DNA of 64,000 nucleotides. It comes from a virus. The notes beneath the pieces are model-generated. The model saw nothing but the letters and a program-made list of their open reading frames with translations. It did no database searches and had not been told where the DNA came from. The first letter of the stretch is position 1. Every line of letters begins with the position of its first letter. The translations under genes were made by a program, and so were the position numbers. Shown piece by piece: positions 1 to 7,911 of the stretch. The stretch covers positions 1 to 64,000 of the IMG/VR virus record IMGVR_UViG_3300048590_000661; one strand, 5' to 3'.

Positions 1-210
1 TTTATCTAAAAAGTTTATAAAATAATAATTCTCTTTAGGGTATATATTACCTACTAATATTAAATCTGTGTTATCTAACTTATCTATTAATACGAATATA
101 TTATCGCCTATTAGTTCAAAAAGAACTACGTATGTTTTATTAGGGATCGTTACTTCACAATATTCTTTATTAATAAAAGTAGCGTATGCAATATCTACAT
201 AGCTATTCAT
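1..210 (-). CDS. hypothetical protein, 3'-truncated by window edge
   Basis: Manual translation from ATG at 210: MNSYVDIAYATFINKEYCEVTIPNKTYVVLFELIGDN..., open to position 1; not in ORF track. Confidence 0.55.
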   Translation of the reverse strand, partial: MNSYVDIAYATFINKEYCEVTIPNKTYVVLFELIGDNIFVLIDKLDNTDLILVGNIYPKENYYFINFLDK

Positions 211-247
211 AGTAGATAAGGAAGGAGAAGATATGCCTAATAGTCTT

Positions 248-517
248 TTAAGTACTTCTATGATTATCATTAGTAAACTTTCTTTCTACATTATCTACTT
301 CTAAATATGCTTCGTCAATACCTCTTAAGGCACATACTTCTATTAATAAACCTTCAAAGTCTAATACTAATACATCATTATCTTCATTTAACACTATATT
401 AGTTAGCCTACTATTCCCTACTTTATCAAGTATATCAGTTAATTCTATATAGCTATTGCCTTCACTATCTTCTGCATAATAGTCATTAACTATTATTTCA
501 TCTATCTTACTAGCCAT
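248..517 (-). CDS. hypothetical phage protein
   Basis: 89-aa acidic ORF, co-directional with its neighbours. Confidence 0.65.
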   Translation of the reverse strand: MASKIDEIIVNDYYAEDSEGNSYIELTDILDKVGNSRLTNIVLNEDNDVLVLDFEGLLIEVCALRGIDEAYLEVDNVERKFTNDNHRST

Positions 518-520
518 TAG

Positions 521-688
521 TTATACTATTCTTTCTATTTCTATCTTTAGTTTTGAGTCAGAAGATATCTTTAATATCTTTCCAGATCCAAAGTCAAGTA
601 TTACTACCTTCTCTTCTTCATAATACTTTATACTCTTAATAGTTTCATTACCTATCCTTCCCCTTAGTTCTTCTTCTTTACTTACCAT
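521..688 (-). CDS. small hypothetical protein (55 aa)
   Basis: Manual translation MVSKEEELRGRIGNETIKSIKYYEEEKVVILDFGSGKILKISSDSKLKIEIERIV*; abuts the 248..517 start; VVILDF resembles VLVLDF in that ORF. Confidence 0.6.
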   Translation of the reverse strand: MVSKEEELRGRIGNETIKSIKYYEEEKVVILDFGSGKILKISSDSKLKIEIERIV

Positions 689-799
689 TCTTATTCTTCT
701 CTCTTCCTAATTAGGTCAGTTAGGTTATTATATTACTTTATTCTTCTATTTTATTTACTTCTTATTTCTTTATTATTAACTTATTTAACTAACTAAGCT

Positions 800-1232
800 T
801 GTATGTTCAAGGTTAAAGAACCAAGGAACCAACTGCCTAGAAAGACCCCCAAACCCCCAAAATTAGAGGGTTTCCAGCGCCGTTATCGGGAGTTCATCGA
901 ACCGACTAAGCTAACCGGAAGAAAGAGAAGTAAGAAAGAAGAAGAAAGCACATCGGTTGATGAACTTTTAATTCTTGTACTTCACCCTACCAGAGCCATC
1001 CGTTTCAGAAAACTTGTCCTTAAGTGCTTGTGGCAACTTCTAGGCCGGTTAGCTACACTGTAACAAGTTCGGTATTTCTGTTCAACTACTCTAGACTGGT
1101 TGAGTGACCACTATAGTTCTGAAGGGTGCTTTTAAATATCTAGCTTTATAGTGAAGTCGTAGTATCTTAAGAGTAATATTTAGTCTGACTATTTCAATTC
1201 AGACACGGCTTGTATATTCTTTTTATTTTCTG
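800..1232 (-). ncRNA. putative large structured non-coding RNA / origin-associated transcript
   Basis: Lies downstream of a minus-strand sigma70-type promoter; at least 8 complementary segment pairs, including a loop-loop pairing 909-918/1045-1054; G5T3G5 tract at 846-858. Confidence 0.5.
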
Positions 1233-1238
1233 TTTTAT

Positions 1239-1268
1239 ATTGTACCACAGGTCATGCTGGTTTGTCAA
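1239..1268 (-). promoter_or_regulatory. sigma70-like promoter
   Basis: TTGACA-18nt-TACAAT with extended -10 TG on the minus strand. Confidence 0.7.
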
Positions 1269-1375
1269 CTTAAAGACTAGCTGGATCGATAGTTCTTTCC
1301 TATCAATCGTATCACCATTCATAGGCACAGACGATAGTAGAAAAATTCATTTATTTTCAACCAAACTATAGCTTA

Positions 1376-1384
1376 TGGTACAAT
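1376..1384 (+). promoter_or_regulatory. extended -10 promoter upstream of the HTH gene (divergent from 1239-1268)
   Basis: TGGTACAAT; weak -35. Confidence 0.45.
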
Positions 1385-1436
1385 GATAACTAAGAGTATA
1401 AAGCTCTTAAGTAACTAATTAGCAAAGGAAAAATCA

Positions 1437-1688
1437 ATGAGCAGACGAATAACAGAAACAGAATTGTTGACCGATAAAGAAAAAGTCTTTCAAGAACTAG
1501 GCTATGATGTTTTATATACTAGGGAAGAGGTTTGTAATGCAGCGAATGTATCTAGGATTTATTTGAAGCGGCTAATCGATAAGGGTACTTTACCTGGGCA
1601 TGTTGCAGTAGTAGGTAGGTACAAGTTGTTTACTAGTGAGGCGTTAGAAAATATTAAAGAACATTTTAAGCATCGTATCAATAAATAA
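1437..1688 (+). CDS. helix-turn-helix DNA-binding protein (excisionase/MerR-like HTH)
   Basis: LYTREEVCNAANVSRIYLKRLIDKGTLP...GRYKLF pattern; RBS AAGGA. Confidence 0.75.
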   Translation: MSRRITETELLTDKEKVFQELGYDVLYTREEVCNAANVSRIYLKRLIDKGTLPGHVAVVGRYKLFTSEALENIKEHFKHRINK

Positions 1689-1690
1689 AA

Positions 1691-1723
1691 ATACCCAAAC
1701 TAATAGCGAGTTAGTTTGGGTAT
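1691..1723 (-). terminator. intrinsic terminator hairpin (T-tail on minus strand)
   Basis: Perfect 13-bp inverted repeat ATACCCAAACTAA / TTAGTTTGGGTAT; A-run on its left gives a U-tail on the minus strand. Confidence 0.7.
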
Positions 1724-1747
1724 CAAGGTATAGGGGTACTAGCCTCG

Positions 1748-1776
1748 ATTATACTACATAAGTTAAATAAATACAA
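1748..1776 (-). promoter_or_regulatory. antisense sigma70-like promoter
   Basis: TTGTAT-17nt-TATAAT on the minus strand, pointing at the 1691-1723 hairpin. Confidence 0.6.
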
Positions 1777-1785
1777 AAGGTATAG

Positions 1786-2580
1786 GTGGTGATTATGCGT
1801 AAACGAGCGGAGTATTCAGAGGGTTATGTGTTTCCAAATAAACATTGGAAAATTATTAGAGAAATTGAAAAAAGAGGTAAACAACGATGTTTTCGATGTG
1901 CCTGTATGTTATGCAACATGGAATATGATGTGGTATTAGCAAGTTTAAGAAAAGAAAATGGTTGTTTCTGTTGTAAATCTTGTGCTATGTCTAAAGATTT
2001 AGTTGGTCAAAAATTTGGGAGATTATTAGTATTAGAAAAACATTCAATAAGTAAGAATAGAACCAATAAATATTTATGCTTATGCGACTGTCAAAATACA
2101 TGTGTTGTTTTTAGTACTGATTTACGCAGCAAAAAGATAATTTCATGTGGGTGTTACAGAAATGAATTGCTTATTCACAATAATAAATTAAACTGCGGCG
2201 AATTAGCGCCCAATTGGAAGGGTGGCGTAACGCCTCAAAATAAAATCGATAGAGATAAGATTACGCAACAGTTGAACCCATTAGTCCGCGAAAGAGATGG
2301 TGAAACTTGCCAAAAGTGTAGCCAGCACAAAGGATGGTTAGAAGTACACCACATATTCGATTTTGGGACTTATCAAGAATTACGATTTGAAATAAATAAC
2401 CTCATCACGTTATGCAAAAATTGTCATGATGATTTTCATTCTGTTTATTCAAGATACGGCAGCAACACCCTATCCGACTTAGAAGCATGGTTATCTCACG
2501 ATTACAAATATAGAACTGAGCTACTAGCGGCTTACTCAACTGTCATAGCGGCACCTACGTTAAGCGATAGCGTTAGTTAG
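1786..2580 (+). CDS. HNH homing endonuclease (HNH1) with N-terminal Cys/Zn-ribbon modules
   Basis: DLVGQKFGRLLVL, CxCxC, SCGC, RDGETCQKC...LEVHHI...NLITLCKNCHDDFH; start may be ATG 1795. Confidence 0.9.
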   Translation: MVIMRKRAEYSEGYVFPNKHWKIIREIEKRGKQRCFRCACMLCNMEYDVVLASLRKENGCFCCKSCAMSKDLVGQKFGRLLVLEKHSISKNRTNKYLCLCDCQNTCVVFSTDLRSKKIISCGCYRNELLIHNNKLNCGELAPNWKGGVTPQNKIDRDKITQQLNPLVRERDGETCQKCSQHKGWLEVHHIFDFGTYQELRFEINNLITLCKNCHDDFHSVYSRYGSNTLSDLEAWLSHDYKYRTELLAAYSTVIAAPTLSDSVS

Positions 2581-2824
2581 GTAGATTATGACCTTGACGG
2601 ATTTTTAGACACCTCTACGCCCTAGTTTTCTAAATTAGATTATAGGGCTAGAATTTTTCACTCTACCACCCACAGTCTAGCAATCAAAAAACGAGGCTAA
2701 ATCAATCGAAAAAACTTCAGCAATAGTATTTGACCTAAGTAAGAATATCATTCAATCTAGCCCTAATTTTCTACAGTTAATAGGTAAGCCGCATTTATGA
2801 AAATATTACTAGCTAAGTGGCGGC

Positions 2825-2853
2825 TTGACAAAAATAGATAACTGTAGTATACT
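2825..2853 (+). promoter_or_regulatory. strong sigma70-like early promoter
   Basis: TTGACA-17nt-TATACT upstream of the 2898 gene. Confidence 0.8.
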
Positions 2854-2897
2854 AGTTGGAGTTAATGATATTTTTATTTTAGAAAGGTAAGTTACTT

Positions 2898-3176
2898 ATG
2901 GCAAAGCAAGCAAGTGTCTCAATAGAGGAACAGGAAACCACATTCACGGTAGAAGCAACCGACCGAAATACTTTATATGTATTTTCAAATGACCCTACTT
3001 GGATTCGTCGGCTAGATGGTATTACAGAATCATATCGGGAAGATTCATATGGCAAATTTTACAAATTGGATTTATCAGAATTTACTTTCACGTTACGCCC
3101 AAAGCGTAAGATGACAGAGGAACAAAAGCGTGCTAGTGCAGAGCGTTTACAGACGGCACGTTTAGCCACAAAATAA
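2898..3176 (+). CDS. conserved phage hypothetical protein
   Basis: EEQET...YVFSNDPTWIRRL...RKMTEEQKRASAERL pattern; RBS GAAAGG. Confidence 0.75.
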   Translation: MAKQASVSIEEQETTFTVEATDRNTLYVFSNDPTWIRRLDGITESYREDSYGKFYKLDLSEFTFTLRPKRKMTEEQKRASAERLQTARLATK

Positions 3177-3293
3177 GCCCTAGATTCAACGAAAAAGTTC
3201 AAATGGCATCAATGTACCAAATGAACTATTAAGAAGCCATATAGCCCTAGAAAAAGACCTAACAACAGAGGATTATAGACAGGAAAATAAAAG

Positions 3294-3596
3294 ATGACAA
3301 CCAAGATTAATTATACACCAGAGCTAAAAGAGTTTTTCAAGACTTTTACCGATAAAAAATTAGACCGTCGCTGGTATTTGGTAGTAGAGAAAGATGGTGT
3401 TAACAAGCTAACATATAGCCTATGTCAGAAGTTGATTAATGTAACTGATGAGGATATTGAGGAAATGATTAAAGAAGAATCAAAAAATATGTATGATAAT
3501 GAAGATTTTGAAGAAGAACAAGTAATAAACCTGATGCGGGAATTACGCCAACGATATGAGATATTTATTAAAGAGATTATGGATGACCAGTCATGA
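3294..3596 (+). CDS. hypothetical protein
   Basis: 100-aa ORF, ATGA overlap with the next gene. Confidence 0.7.
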   Translation: MTTKINYTPELKEFFKTFTDKKLDRRWYLVVEKDGVNKLTYSLCQKLINVTDEDIEEMIKEESKNMYDNEDFEEEQVINLMRELRQRYEIFIKEIMDDQS

Positions 3597-3778
3597 TAAT
3601 CACCATCATTTCAACATTATCTAAAGAAGAATTAGAATTAATTCGTAACTATTATAACCGCAATAAAACAATTACGTTATTTACGAAAAATTTCAAGGTG
3701 GCAGAATTTATTCCTATGGAAGATTTAGAAGGAAAGTATTCTGTAGAGCTAACCTTAACGGAGATAACAAACGAATAA
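3593..3778 (+). CDS. small hypothetical protein (paralog of 3866..4252 units)
   Basis: LSKEELELI...ITLFTKNFKV...YSVELTLTEI. Confidence 0.65.
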   Translation: MIITIISTLSKEELELIRNYYNRNKTITLFTKNFKVAEFIPMEDLEGKYSVELTLTEITNE

Positions 3779-3791
3779 ACGCCGCCCGTTG

Positions 3792-3855
3792 ATCGGGAAA
3801 AATACGGCAAAACACGCAAATTAATGTCTTTGTAGTAAATCTTACATTAACAGAA
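3792..3855 (+). repeat. 64-bp intergenic direct repeat, copy 1
   Basis: 48/64 identical, ungapped, to 5140-5203. Confidence 0.7.
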
Positions 3856-3865
3856 AAGAGGGTAT

Positions 3866-4252
3866 ATGAAGTTTTATGTGATGGGCGAATTAACAAAGGA
3901 AGAGGCTAACAAACTAATAGTTACGAATTATTTATCATTAGATAAAATTGAATTATTTGGTAGAGAATTTAAACTAACGGTTAAGTCAATGGATTCAGAT
4001 GTACCATTTAATTATTACGACATTCAATTTGAGTTAGAAGAGATACCGCAAGAATATGTAGTAATTAGTAATATTGTTGAGTATAAAGAGTTTATGCCTA
4101 TTTATTTAGAGGTTATGAGTAAAGAGTATTTATATAAAGACAATAAATATTTAATAGACTATTTTGAATATTCTATACATGGCAAATCTGATGGTAAAAT
4201 TTATTATAATTATTCGTTAGGGTTAAAGTTAAAAAAGGAAGATATATGTTAG
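3866..4252 (+). CDS. hypothetical protein with two internal ~60-aa units
   Basis: LTKEEANKLI...IELFGREFKL...YDIQFELEEI, followed by a second similar unit. Confidence 0.7.
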   Translation: MKFYVMGELTKEEANKLIVTNYLSLDKIELFGREFKLTVKSMDSDVPFNYYDIQFELEEIPQEYVVISNIVEYKEFMPIYLEVMSKEYLYKDNKYLIDYFEYSIHGKSDGKIYYNYSLGLKLKKEDIC

Positions 4253-4578
4253 TAAATATTTCAGCAGGGAATAGCGATAATAAAGTAACCCAACAAGAGT
4301 GGAAAGGCGAAACTGTAGTATACATTTGGATAGGCACATGGTTAGTTGATGCAAATGGCTATATGATTACGTATAAGCAATTGGGATTTAATCATCCGCA
4401 AAAGGAGCATCCTATATTGCCATTTAAAGATTATATAGAAACATTAGATGGTATTAAAAGACTTGGATACAAACAACCATCACTAATAAATAGTGTAATG
4501 ACTTATTATGATGTAATGACAACCGAGCAATTTCATAATTTAAAATTAGATATAGAAGGGGCAATGACTAGTGAGTAA
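4246..4578 (+). CDS. hypothetical protein
   Basis: RBS AAGGA; overlaps neighbours. Confidence 0.65.
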   Translation: MLVNISAGNSDNKVTQQEWKGETVVYIWIGTWLVDANGYMITYKQLGFNHPQKEHPILPFKDYIETLDGIKRLGYKQPSLINSVMTYYDVMTTEQFHNLKLDIEGAMTSE

Positions 4579-4804
4579 ACAAGGGAAGTTATATAATTTT
4601 ATCCAGTGGCTAAATAGTGTAATGCAGCCTATTGGGTTTGTGGAAATAAAACTTACCACCGTATCGCATGACGAATATTGGAAACACTATTTAGTTATGG
4701 TAGGGTCAAAAACTTTTAGAGGTAATGAAGAAGAAATTATGGCTAAGTTAACGAAACTAGTTATTGAAGAGATGAGCGAAAGAATTAAGGAGTTAAGTTT
4801 ATGA
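4571..4804 (+). CDS. hypothetical protein
   Basis: GTG start, coupled to flanking ORFs. Confidence 0.65.
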   Translation: MSKQGKLYNFIQWLNSVMQPIGFVEIKLTTVSHDEYWKHYLVMVGSKTFRGNEEEIMAKLTKLVIEEMSERIKELSL

Positions 4805-5130
4805 GGGCATTAGTTTATGTATTCGCTATTGTTTTATTATATTTAGTAGCTTCATTATTTCTAGATATGATTGATAAAAAGATTACAATAGTAGATGAGG
4901 ATGTTAGTGTACCAAGTATCGTCGCTAATCCTAATGAGGTAGTGCCAGCTATTGAGACGATTCCAAATTGGGAAAATAGCTTTTCGCCGCCGAGTAGATT
5001 TTACCAAGATAATGGACAGATTTTCGACAGGTGTCCTAATCCAGAAGCATTACAGCAATGCGATCTCATTTTGAGACAACTTGGTTTGCCATTTGAACCG
5101 GAACAAGATAAATTGGACTACAGTAAATAA
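4801..5130 (+). CDS. membrane-anchored hypothetical protein
   Basis: N-terminal hydrophobic helix ALVYVFAIVLLYLVASLFL; RBS AAGGAG. Confidence 0.7.
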   Translation: MRALVYVFAIVLLYLVASLFLDMIDKKITIVDEDVSVPSIVANPNEVVPAIETIPNWENSFSPPSRFYQDNGQIFDRCPNPEALQQCDLILRQLGLPFEPEQDKLDYSK

Positions 5131-5139
5131 AGGTCACTC

Positions 5140-5203
5140 ATCGGAGAGAATACGGCAATAATTGTAAATTAGCGGTTTTGTAGTGAAGCTTACAGTAATA
5201 GAA
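5140..5203 (+). repeat. 64-bp intergenic direct repeat, copy 2
   Basis: 48/64 identical to 3792-3855. Confidence 0.7.
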
Positions 5204-5215
5204 TGGAGCGAATAA

Positions 5216-5665
5216 ATGAGCGAAGCAATAGGATTGCGGCTACATGCCGACCATTTAATGCGTGTGCAATTGCACATGAATAAAATCATAAATAACTTAC
5301 TTAGTAGGCTTGTATGCCATGATAGTAGCAAATATAATACTGAAGAAATATCATTAATTATTGGAAAGGCAATGTTAAATAATACTACTTACGGAAGTGC
5401 CGAATATAACATTGCGTTAAAATCTGTTCAAGACGGAGTGTTAAGCCACTACAGTAAAAATACACACCATCCTGAACATTATGTTAATGGTATTGTTGGT
5501 ATGTCATTATTTGATTTGTTAGAAATGTTGGCGGATTGGAAGTCTGCTGGTGAGCAAAATGGAGGTGATATTCTTTCATCATTGACGATTAATATTGATA
5601 GATATAATATTCCAGAGCCTATTGCTAAGATTATATCTAATACAATACAAGAATTAAACTGGTAA
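5216..5665 (+). CDS. HD-like protein (DUF5662-type)
   Basis: HDSSK...HYSKNTHHPEHY...DLLEMLADW. Confidence 0.75.
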   Translation: MSEAIGLRLHADHLMRVQLHMNKIINNLLSRLVCHDSSKYNTEEISLIIGKAMLNNTTYGSAEYNIALKSVQDGVLSHYSKNTHHPEHYVNGIVGMSLFDLLEMLADWKSAGEQNGGDILSSLTINIDRYNIPEPIAKIISNTIQELNW

Positions 5666-5715
5666 AAATATCCCACATGAAAGCGATTGATAACGTCTTT
5701 ATGTGGGATATTTTT
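5664..5715. terminator. bidirectional terminator between convergent genes
   Basis: AAAAATATCCCACAT / ATGTGGGATATTTTT inverted repeat. Confidence 0.8.
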
Positions 5716-5718
5716 ATT

Positions 5719-6297
5719 CTATCCCCATTGACTAGCCATTGCATTAGCGATAGATTTAAAACTTTTGCTTCTAGTTTTACCACCACGAGTAGCGTCAGTA
5801 AAGTGACGGTTCTTACCATTGCTATCTACATAATAAGGTTCTGGTTTATTCTTTTTATTGGCGATATCATAAGTTAGTAATGGTAGATTCTTTAGCCATA
5901 AACAAGTACGTTTCATTTCTGGCTCACCAAAATAATAAGGGTGAATTATCTGGTCAGGTTTTCGGTATACTGTATTAGGGTAGCCTACTGGGTTTTCTAC
6001 ACAAATTTTTTCAATGGGTGCATTAATGAATAATATAAAAAACTCTAAAGCCTGTTCTCTTAGTTCTGCTCTACCTGGATTATTCCATGAACTAGTGGCT
6101 GCATAACTAAGGTAAGTACATGGTGGATGAGCTATTAATAAGTCCCACCCATCATAAAGTATATCAAGTACATTACCTTGATAATGTGGACCTTCTGATT
6201 CTGTTGGCAAAAGATCACAAGACATTGCGTCATGCCCTAATTTTAGAAACGCATCGCGAGTTGTACCACTATATTCACATGCCACTAATACTTTCAT
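5719..6297 (-). CDS. phage-type DNA (cytosine-5) methyltransferase
   Basis: MKVLVACEYSGTTRDAF, IAHPPCTYLS (catalytic PC), ENPVG, RSKSFKSIANAMASQWG. Confidence 0.85.
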   Translation of the reverse strand: MKVLVACEYSGTTRDAFLKLGHDAMSCDLLPTESEGPHYQGNVLDILYDGWDLLIAHPPCTYLSYAATSSWNNPGRAELREQALEFFILFINAPIEKICVENPVGYPNTVYRKPDQIIHPYYFGEPEMKRTCLWLKNLPLLTYDIANKKNKPEPYYVDSNGKNRHFTDATRGGKTRSKSFKSIANAMASQWG

Positions 6298-6299
6298 TT

Positions 6300-6797
6300 T
6301 TACCCCTTATATGATTTAATAATCTGACCATCTACTTTAACAATTTTTCTATCTTCTAACATCCTCATATGGTTTTCATAATTAGTTTTTCGTTTCTTAT
6401 AGATATAAAATTTGAAAACAAGAAACAAACCACCAACAATTAACCCAATAGAAGAGATAAGAGTTAGAGTAACTAATACTGGCGATCTAATATATTGTGT
6501 ATTAGGCACTGAGTTAATAACATGTATTTCTTTAACAATCGTTATTACTTTAGTTTCTACAATAGTTAATGGTTTATTAGCTAATTCTTTACTTAAGTCT
6601 TGGTTAAGTATTGCTAATTCTCTATTTGTTTTCTCTAGTTGAGTAATAGTATTATTTCTGTCTTCTAATCTAATCTTTTTTAATTCATCATTTTCATTAT
6701 ACAAAGCCAATAATAAAATAATCAATATAATAGAGATTACTGCGGTTCCGTTAATTAATGGTGACATTCGATGCAACCTCCCAAGCAAACTTCTCAA
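6300..6797 (-). CDS. membrane protein (TM - coiled coil - TM)
   Basis: Two hydrophobic segments flank a heptad region; likely start ATG 6767. Confidence 0.7.
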   Translation of the reverse strand: MRSLLGRLHRMSPLINGTAVISIILIILLLALYNENDELKKIRLEDRNNTITQLEKTNRELAILNQDLSKELANKPLTIVETKVITIVKEIHVINSVPNTQYIRSPVLVTLTLISSIGLIVGGLFLVFKFYIYKKRKTNYENHMRMLEDRKIVKVDGQIIKSYKG

Positions 6798-7047
6798 AAG
6801 TATCTACGTTAGTATACCACCGCATATTATTACCATTAAATATAATCTTATTATCTACTAATAGTTTAAAGATATATTCTTTTTCTACGTTTGCTAATTC
6901 CTTATTGCGTGCTGACCATAAAAGAAACTTACGTGGTGTATTTTTAAAGTAATATTTTTCTACATTTGGGTCATATACCAATTCATTCGCGAATCGCACT
7001 TCCATATCTTTTAATAATAGTTCAATTAATTCTAAATTATTTTTCAT
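6751..7047 (-). CDS. hypothetical protein
   Basis: 98-aa ORF overlapping both neighbours, RBS GAGG. Confidence 0.65.
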   Translation of the reverse strand: MKNNLELIELLLKDMEVRFANELVYDPNVEKYYFKNTPRKFLLWSARNKELANVEKEYIFKLLVDNKIIFNGNNMRWYTNVDTFEKFAWEVASNVTIN

Positions 7048-7315
7048 GGTTTAGTTCCTCTTTCTTTGCTTTAATGATTCCTAAGATTAATAATGTAATA
7101 ATAAGTAATGGGCCTAGTGTTCCGTAAATAATATATGGTGTATATGGTAGATAGGTTAATATTAATTTAATCATAATAACGGCTAATAAAAGTATATTAA
7201 TAAATCCTTCTTTTGTATCCATAAACCAGAATAGTTTCTGTGATTCTGCGAACGATATAATATTAAGCCCTAATAGGATAAAGAATATTACATTAAGCAC
7301 TAATGGTTCTAACAT
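7037..7315 (-). CDS. small 3-TM membrane protein
   Basis: Three hydrophobic stretches and a basic C-terminus. Confidence 0.7.
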   Translation of the reverse strand: MLEPLVLNVIFFILLGLNIISFAESQKLFWFMDTKEGFINILLLAVIMIKLILTYLPYTPYIIYGTLGPLLIITLLILGIIKAKKEELNHEK

Positions 7316-7316
7316 T

Positions 7317-7910
7317 TTATTTCCTCTTAAATTCTTTAAAGATAATTAATGCTTTATTTTGGTTTTCGGCATTAAGGGTATTTGATTTAGTTGACTTCAA
7401 TAGCCCACAGTTAACAAGTAACTGTTTAGCTTCCTCAAATTCATTGCGTGTTAATCGTAAATGTGCTTTAGCTAGCTCCGCGGTTATCTTCATGTTCTTT
7501 TCGTAGTGTGCCACGATTAGACGCAAGGCATTAGTTTCGGCACCGCTGTTAACTAGGCTAGACTTATTGATGACGGTAGCAATTTCTTTCGTAGCTTTTT
7601 CGTTACATAATAGCTTGCCGCTTTGCACCCCTAACCAGAAGATTGCTGCACTAAGCCCAATTTCATCACCAAAGAAACGGTAGATATTAAATAGTGCAGC
7701 AATAACTAGCCCAACTACTAATACGGTCCCTGTGAATGGTGCATTAATCAAGAATGTCCAGCCACTTAAGTAAAAGTACAGGATTATGGATACACTAAGC
7801 CCACCGACCATATTTTGCATTAGGGGTACTAAAATGCTGCTATGGGCAGTTTGGGTTGCTCGTTTATTTTTAATTATTTCGCTTCTTAGTGTATCCATGT
7901 TACTAGTCAT
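7317..7910 (-). CDS. membrane protein with putative C-terminal winged-helix
   Basis: 2-3 TM helices, then ITAELAKAHLRLTRNEFEEAKQLLVNCGLL. Confidence 0.65.
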   Translation of the reverse strand: MTSNMDTLRSEIIKNKRATQTAHSSILVPLMQNMVGGLSVSIILYFYLSGWTFLINAPFTGTVLVVGLVIAALFNIYRFFGDEIGLSAAIFWLGVQSGKLLCNEKATKEIATVINKSSLVNSGAETNALRLIVAHYEKNMKITAELAKAHLRLTRNEFEEAKQLLVNCGLLKSTKSNTLNAENQNKALIIFKEFKRK

Positions 7911-7911
7911 A

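Larger units (their letters stand above)
2555..3250 (+). repeat. three degenerate ~70-bp repeats (2555-2625, 2697-2766, 3180-3250)
   Basis: CTA-N7-CG-N24-ACC-N24/25-GCCCTA with conserved spacing in all three copies. Confidence 0.5.

Noticed and set aside
803-1063. 86-aa plus-strand ORF
   Set aside because: No RBS, low-complexity translation, and it lies antisense within the self-complementary region; better explained as non-coding
1786-2580. HNH1 as an RNA-guided IscB/Cas9-like nuclease paired with the 800-1232 RNA
   Set aside because: No RuvC or PLMP motifs; the RNA is on the opposite strand and separated by another gene
3800-3835. GGCAAA...GCAAA resembling a c-di-GMP-I riboswitch
   Set aside because: The GNRA-capped stem between the two motifs is missing
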